Source: Blepharisma stoltei ATCC 30299
Taxonomy: Eukaryota > Protista > Ciliophora
Assembly (NCBI GenBank): GCA_965603825.1
Contig: CBFDEM010000021.1
Coordinates: forward strand, 186,001-250,000
Direction of reading: 5' to 3'
Length of the DNA: 64,000 bases
Shown piece after piece: positions 58,077-64,000 of the stretch. Position 1 is the first letter of the stretch; each line of letters starts with the position of its first letter. The notes beneath the pieces are model-generated. The model saw nothing but the letters and a program-made list of their open reading frames with translations, did no database searches and was not told the origin of the DNA. A program made the translations under genes and the position numbers.

Positions 58077-59621
58077 TTAGCTTTTTTTTTGAGAATTTAA
58101 GTATTTGATTGTTTTTTTTGAGTTTTCTGGTAAAGGATTCTTACAGGAAAGACAGTTTTCTTCATTAAGCATATGACAGAGAAGACAAATGTCATTATCA
58201 CAACATGTTTTCATTGTAAAATATCCTCGCTCATAGGTCTTTTTGCATCGTATACACGTTGTAAATAACACGTATTCTAATTTAGCGATAGCATCATCTA
58301 CGAGTTCTGCTGAACAAGCAAAGCACTGCTTATTTTGTAATGATTGCTCTGAGCAAATAAAGCATAAAGGATGATAGTCTTGCCCACACACTGAAATAAA
58401 GTAGTCTCCTATGTCAAATACTCAGTTTCCGCATCCTTTGCATTTTGATTGCCGGTTTTTTAATTTCTCTATATCAAAGGGCTTTTCACAAAACTTGCAT
58501 TTTATTCAGCCAGCTCTCAAATCAAAGCTTAAGCAATCTTTGCAATAATGTTTGCATTTATCGTCTGAGTAAAAATTATTGCTGCCACAAAAAATGCATG
58601 AAGGGTTGATTTGGCTTCATAGAGGTCCTAATATAAGTCTTAAATCATTTTCTGAGAGCGAATGGTGGCAAATTATGCACTTTGGGAGGTTTTGTACTAT
58701 CTGAGAAAAATCGCTGGGAATAAGGTGTTTGGCACAGTCTGTGCAGTAGCTGTGGGAACAACCTAGGTGCAGTTCTGGGCTATTATTTTTGCATGAGCTG
58801 CAAAATATGGAGGTCAAAAATTTCAGAATTGAGGGTTTTAGATGGTGCCTTTCTGGCACTATGCTGCTCATTTCTATAGCTTTTTCTTTAATTTTTTGAG
58901 ATACTTGGATTGATGTGGCTTTATTGTTTGCATAATCAGAAATAACGGTAAAGAGGCCTTCTATGATTTCTAATGCAGATTGATCAACAATTTCTTGATT
59001 ATCAATTGGGCTAGCTTTAAGATTTTCTTTTGGAATACTTATGAGATCAAGCTCCTCATTCTTTATTTCAATAGGATATTTAGCTTCTTCAACTGAGGAT
59101 TCAATTTCTTCTTTTGGGCTTTGCGAGCTGTCAGAGTTTACTTCGATTGCTTGAAAGTTAAAAGAAATATTTGGCACATCGCCTGAAGGGATAGCGTCTT
59201 TTTCTTTATAAATTTTAATTTCATGCTTTTCAGAATTGTCATTAATTTTAGCTTGATAAGAAACCATGCTCTCCTTTTTTGGTATTGTGATTTCAACCAT
59301 ATCTCCAAAGCTATTTTCTATAGAAATCTTGCCGCTTTCGGGAATATTATTAAAATTGTTTTCTTTTGGCTCAGCTATGAAATTTCTTTTTTCTTCCTCA
59401 AAAATTTCTTCATTAATATTGTTTTTATCTCCACTATTTACATAGGAAGACGATATTTCGTCCGTATTGAATCTAATCATCTCTGAATCCTCTAAATTTT
59501 TGTCTTCTTCTGGAATAATTACCATAGACTGACTATGTAAGGCTTGGCTGCTTTCTGCTTCTCTTTTTGGTTGCTTTCCTTTTTTATGCGATGATTTCTT
59601 TGCTAGAATTGTTTTTCTCAT
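58077..59621 (-). CDS. Acidic N-terminus + about four tandem RING-like Cys clusters, 514 aa
   Basis: 3 TGA=Trp; CSSC..LGCSHSYCTDC..CIIC; CIFC..CKHYCKDC..CKFC; CKGC..HPLCFIC..CFAC; CIRC..CCDNDICLLC..CLSC. Confidence 0.8.
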
Positions 59622-59645
59622 CTTTATAATAGTAAAATTTAAAGT

Positions 59646-59957
59646 ATGGGGTTATCCTGCAGCTGTTTTCAAGACCCATCAGATTATAGCAATCAAGTCA
59701 AACTCGAAACAATAGGCCCAGACGAATCAACTGAACCAGAAAGGGTAAGCAATCATAGAAAAACTGAGCTTATTATCAATTACGACGATCTTCTTAAAAT
59801 ACAAGGTGTGCTGAGGGGATATATAGAAAGAAGGAGAGCTAAAGAGATTTATCACATTGAGAGCAATACTTTCAAAAGACAACAAAAAAGCAGCCAAACA
59901 GTTATAAGAGCAGAAAATAATAAAAAACTCAGTTCGATAAGAGCCACGACATTATAA
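59646..59957 (+). CDS. Short lipidated IQ-motif protein (possibly truncated)
   Basis: MGLSCSC myristoylation/palmitoylation; IQGVLRGYIERR. Confidence 0.65.
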   Translation: MGLSCSCFQDPSDYSNQVKLETIGPDESTEPERVSNHRKTELIINYDDLLKIQGVLRGYIERRRAKEIYHIESNTFKRQQKSSQTVIRAENNKKLSSIRATTL

Positions 59958-60303
59958 AGTTATTATGTTAATATTCAATAAAAAAATTCTTTACTTAAAT
60001 TTCTAAATAATGACTTCTCAGGTTTTTTAATTTGTATCGCCATTATGGATAAATTACTGAAGAAGTCGTAAGCTCTTATGTGGATTTTCTTGGTATTTCG
60101 TCTATATAATTCGATAATTAAGCTTAACTAGCCTTATTTTAGCAAATGATAGCTTATTAAGATTACTTTAAAAGCACAATGCCAAGAATTTTTTACATTT
60201 TATTTTTTATTTTGCGCCAAAGTAATTTTATTCTTAATTTATTTTCTGATTACAATCAACTAAAATTAAAAGTATAGTATACATAGCTTTTGATAAAACG
60301 ATT

Positions 60304-60685
60304 TTAGTATTTATCAATATCAGCGAATTTTTTCTCGCCAATATTTAATACATCTTCGATCGACACATCCTCATTAAAGTTCTTTTCAAATTCTTTTCTG
60401 TCATTTCTCATTTTCGCCATGATCTCTTTTCTATTTTTCTTCCACTTGTTCTGAAACTTTTTATATTCCACATCCAATTCCTCTTTGTCCCTTGTAGCTT
60501 CTCCATCTGTTTCATTATCCAATAAATTAATTGCTATGTAATGAATTACTATGACCTCGATTTGCAGTAATGAATCTGACAGCAATAAGCCCAACTGCTA
60601 TAATTGCTAAGGCTTGATAGCCTAAAAAGTGTTTGCCAGCACTGTTTATTCTTTCTTTGCCTTTGAAAAATCGATCAAACACCAT
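60304..60685 (-). CDS. Small single-TM protein, one 16-nt intron, 121 aa
   Basis: ATG 60685, TM ALAIIAVGLIAV, intron 60534-60549 joins the downstream frame. Confidence 0.72.
60534..60549 (-). other. 16-nt intron GTAATTCATTACATAG
   Basis: Consensus match; corrects the frame. Confidence 0.78.
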
Positions 60686-60911
60686 CTATGCTTTATAATT
60701 AAAATTTAAGGCGAAAAGAAATTAATGATTTTTTGATAAAAATAAATAGTAATAAGTAATTTTACATCCAGTTCATTTAATTTAAGATTTAGATTCGACA
60801 CATGATCTCTTCTTTTTGACTCCTGGGATATTTTTAAAGCTTATTAGAGAAAATGATGTGAATTTGCAAGCTGCACAATAAAATCAATTATATAGCCATA
60901 AATATTTTGTG

Positions 60912-61223
60912 TTAGATATATTTAATGACTCTATCCTTAAACTCTTCAGAAACCCTAACTTGGCATGAGCATCTCACATTCATGTCTTTTCCTTTTTGCA
61001 TAAGCAATTGTTCTTCATTTGGGAGAGGAACGCCTTTCAAATCTTCAGGCAGATTAACTGTACATGTTCCACATTCCAACTGATAATTGCAATTAGAAAA
61101 ATCAGCTTTAGTTATTCCTTCCCTCCTTAGTACAGTTGCTAGGATGCTGCCTTCCCTTGCCATTGTTTCTATCATTCCAGAGCCCACTTGTATGAAAAAC
61201 CTGATTTTAGGCATTTTGGACAT
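60912..61223 (-). CDS. Adrenodoxin-type 2Fe-2S ferredoxin-like protein
   Basis: C-x5-C-x2-C (CNYQLECGTC) and RCSCQ. Confidence 0.82.
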   Translation of the reverse strand: MSKMPKIRFFIQVGSGMIETMAREGSILATVLRREGITKADFSNCNYQLECGTCTVNLPEDLKGVPLPNEEQLLMQKGKDMNVRCSCQVRVSEEFKDRVIKYI

Positions 61224-61253
61224 GATATTTATTTAATTGAATTTATTATTATT

Positions 61254-62753
61254 CTAGAGATCTTCTTTTTTAGGAGTAAGCTCATCTTCAATAAACTTGA
61301 TAAGTTTTTCCTTTGTTATGTCTGCATCCACAAACCTGTTCGGGACCCGCTTATTCTCTTTGTGGGCAAGAAAAATGTTAGGAAGATGCGGCTTATTGTA
61401 CTCTCCTTTAAGCTCATTGAGGTCCGCATCAATTTTTAAGAATTCAAGGGTATGGTCATCTTTATAGTGAAAAGCTACATCTTCTAATATTTGCAAAGTA
61501 GGTTGAGTCAGTCTATCATTTTTAGAGTAAGTAAAAATAATTTGGTTAAGTTCAGAATTCACAACTTTATCTTCAAATTCGCCTCCAACTAGGATTTTTA
61601 TCCCGTTTTCGCTCTTTACATCTGTAGTTTCACTTTTAACATAAGGAATAAGTGAATTTGTTTCGAGTCCTTTAATATATGCATCTACATTTAATTTCAA
61701 GAATTTTCCATTATCGTTGAATATTTCATACTCTCTCAGTACAAATCTATCGTTTCTCATGACAGTCAGCATAATAGCTTTATCTTTATCTAAGTCAATA
61801 GGTTCTAATCCTTTATTAAATTCTTTTTTATCTGCCAATACAAATAAAAATCTTCTGTCCTTGAAATTTGCATTGTAGTAAGGATTGGCTGACTCATGGA
61901 AATTCAAAAGGTTTTGCTTTATTTCTTCAGGATGAGCAGGGTCTAGGTTGAACAAAAACATCACGAATGGAGCTTGGGATTGGTCGAAGCTGGCTTTGGT
62001 TTCTTTTGTGAAATATGAAATATGGGGATGGTAATTATGCTTGACCCATTCTTCAATCGTAGTAGAATTTTCAAGCTTATGATTAGCTATAGCTGCCCTG
62101 TCTTTGGGGCCAATCAAAAACTGAGCACGAAGAATCAAAATTCCTTCTTCACTGATATCAAATTTAGCAAACCATTCACCTTTATCCTTAACAATAGCAA
62201 AAGGATAGATATGAACTAAATTTTTTGCAGCCTCTCTGAAGACCTCATATTTTGTGCCACTGAATTCTTGGAAAACTCCTAGCACGAGCCCATGGAGTCC
62301 ATTTTCTGACATATATTTATCAAATGCATCAGTATCTGCAAATTCTCTCAATTTCAATGTTTTTTCTTTAAATGATGCAATAAAGGCTTCTTTTCTTCTA
62401 TCTCCAGCATAATGATAAAATTCGTCAATTTCAGCTGGGAAATATACAATTGCTGGGTACCCTCCAACATCATATTTCTTAATATATTCAGCATTTTTAG
62501 GGTTTGTGGCATCAATTTTTGCAAGTTTTAATGGAAGTTTTTGCTTTGCAAGCTCTTTTGCAGCGTGGAAGTAGGCTGATGAAAATCTTGTGTATTCTGA
62601 GCTGAATGGGACATAAAAACAAATGACTCTCAGCTCGCCATGGAATTCCTTTTGAAAATCTTCTATTGATGGCCCTATAAGTTCATATAACTCTCCTTCT
62701 TTTATGTATGCAAAGGCAGGAATCAAGCTTAATAAAAATAGTAAAGCCGCCAT
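61254..62753 (-). CDS. Non-catalytic PDI-family ER protein
   Basis: Signal peptide, thioredoxin folds (LAKIDAT, VGGYP, KIDADLNE), C-terminal KEDL; no CxxC. Confidence 0.85.
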   Translation of the reverse strand: MAALLFLLSLIPAFAYIKEGELYELIGPSIEDFQKEFHGELRVICFYVPFSSEYTRFSSAYFHAAKELAKQKLPLKLAKIDATNPKNAEYIKKYDVGGYPAIVYFPAEIDEFYHYAGDRRKEAFIASFKEKTLKLREFADTDAFDKYMSENGLHGLVLGVFQEFSGTKYEVFREAAKNLVHIYPFAIVKDKGEWFAKFDISEEGILILRAQFLIGPKDRAAIANHKLENSTTIEEWVKHNYHPHISYFTKETKASFDQSQAPFVMFLFNLDPAHPEEIKQNLLNFHESANPYYNANFKDRRFLFVLADKKEFNKGLEPIDLDKDKAIMLTVMRNDRFVLREYEIFNDNGKFLKLNVDAYIKGLETNSLIPYVKSETTDVKSENGIKILVGGEFEDKVVNSELNQIIFTYSKNDRLTQPTLQILEDVAFHYKDDHTLEFLKIDADLNELKGEYNKPHLPNIFLAHKENKRVPNRFVDADITKEKLIKFIEDELTPKKEDL

Positions 62754-62815
62754 TTATATATTACGTGTAATGCAGTAAATAATTCAAAAATTTTTATTTA
62801 GATAAATCCATAAAA

Positions 62816-63580
62816 ATGGGATGCGCTGCAGCTATTCCTATGAAAATTACAATTAGCCCAAATCTGAATAGGACTTCAATTTCTCCAGTTGATAATCTAT
62901 ATTCGTTAGTTGAAGAAGTGATACAAGGAGTTAACAAAATAAATGCTGGCCTTTCTGTAGCTATTGATAAATTTGAAACTGTAACTGGGCTTCATAACCC
63001 TAAAAGAGGTTTAGCTTGTGGAGTTCTTGCATTACTAGGGTGCATTGCTGCATACCTAGATGGCAATTTATTGAAAGTAAACTTTCATATTTTGGATTGC
63101 ACTCCTGGGATTAGCATGGATTTCTCAAAACTCTCAGAAAATCTATCAAATGATTTTATGCTGTGGGTAATGGTAACTAAAGAGATAGAATCAGCAGTAG
63201 AAGACTATGAATGCTTAGCAGTCAAATTTAAATCGATTATTGAATCATATCAAGATGTTGCCCTATCGTTACAGACAGAAAGAAGCAATTATGAAAGCCA
63301 AGAGTTTTTAAAGCTGAAGGGAATTGCCAAGGAGAATAAAATTAAGTTAAAAGAGAGTGCAGAGTTTTACGGAGAAGTTTTAGGGAAAATTAAAAATTAT
63401 ATGAGTGAGCTAGAAGGAATACAGCATGGGCTGCAAACACAAGAGCTGACGTTAGAAATTTTAAGGATTGGGCAGCATGCGAAAAATAGAGAAATTGATA
63501 ATCCGGTCATATTGATGGAAAAAATAGGAGATTATATAGAAGATGTTTCGAATAGGTATATGTGTTTTACAATTAATTAA
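62816..63580 (+). CDS. Hypothetical helical protein with MGC acylation motif
   Basis: 254-aa ORF, MGCAAA. Confidence 0.72.
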   Translation: MGCAAAIPMKITISPNLNRTSISPVDNLYSLVEEVIQGVNKINAGLSVAIDKFETVTGLHNPKRGLACGVLALLGCIAAYLDGNLLKVNFHILDCTPGISMDFSKLSENLSNDFMLWVMVTKEIESAVEDYECLAVKFKSIIESYQDVALSLQTERSNYESQEFLKLKGIAKENKIKLKESAEFYGEVLGKIKNYMSELEGIQHGLQTQELTLEILRIGQHAKNREIDNPVILMEKIGDYIEDVSNRYMCFTIN

Positions 63581-63702
63581 TTTAACATTTGTAAGCACTA
63601 AATAATATCGATAAATAATATACTAGGCCATATTTAAGGAGAAACATTAAAAATCTAGCCATATTGAGAATTTAAATGTAATTTAATTCATTAAGATCCT
63701 TG

Positions 63703-64000
63703 ATGACATCAATCCCTGATTGGATCATGGACAAGCTTAAAGTCAGCACTCCCAGGAAAATTTCAATAATAAGAAAACACAATAGACTTTTCAAAAGGTA
63801 AAATTCAATAAGTTTTCAAGAGCATCCTCTCTCCTATTTAAAAAGCAGCAGAAATAGTTTATCTCCAGAGCAGAAAAATTCTACTTCAAATTATTATCAA
63901 AATTCAATTTTTATCCCAGTAAATCAAGAAACACCTAAAAAAAGTATAATTATCCACAAATATAAGCCTTCTATAGAAAGAATATTAAATGCAACGAGTA
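63703..64000 (+). CDS. 5' part of a hypothetical gene running off the window, one 15-nt intron
   Basis: ATG 63703; intron 63798-63812 removes TAA; frame open to the window end. Confidence 0.6.
63798..63812 (+). other. 15-nt intron GTAAAATTCAATAAG
   Basis: Consensus match; restores ORF. Confidence 0.7.

Noticed and set aside
1-64000. Prokaryotic operon, CRISPR or defence-island interpretation
   Set aside because: Gene content is eukaryotic (CFAP57, cyclin, CK1) with spliceosomal introns; no repeat-spacer array or transposase seen

Overview
AT-rich, extremely gene-dense eukaryotic DNA that reads as the somatic (macronuclear) genome of a heterotrich ciliate, most likely Blepharisma. The standard-code ORF track fragments many genes for two reasons. 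First, TGA encodes Trp while TAA/TAG are the only stops: TGA falls at conserved Trp positions (e.g. cyclin LVDW, adenylyl cyclase GDAFLLVW, CK1 LWYG, HEPN RNEWAH). Second, genes carry tiny 15-16 nt GTAA...AG introns (13 located here). Re-reading with this code gives about 51 protein genes plus a CK1 pseudogene. They include a K+-channel-like adenylyl cyclase, a UBL-eS31 fusion, PI-PLC X, LRRC23, PFDN5, CK1, a KRP/Kip-like CDK inhibitor, PP6c, mtHSP70, an O-methyltransferase, CFAP57, a cyclin, CDC50, PPP1R42-like, SPRYD7, cytochrome c, GTPBP1/2, PDK1, TBC1D20, TLDc, PNUTS-like, a ferredoxin and a non-catalytic PDI. I found no rRNA, tRNA, CRISPR array or transposase. The strongest leads are: a bacterial-defence-type Swt1-like HEPN RNase with an intact RxxxxH motif fused to a RING finger; an outlier 42-nt intron that splits the PP1-docking RVRW motif of PNUTS; an FHA domain interrupted by an F-box/SOCS-like insert; a catalytically dead allantoinase-like protein; a tandem-UBL/Zn-domain protein; and intergenic spacers as short as 9-15 bp. 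All protein calls come from motif recognition by eye; no database search was run.
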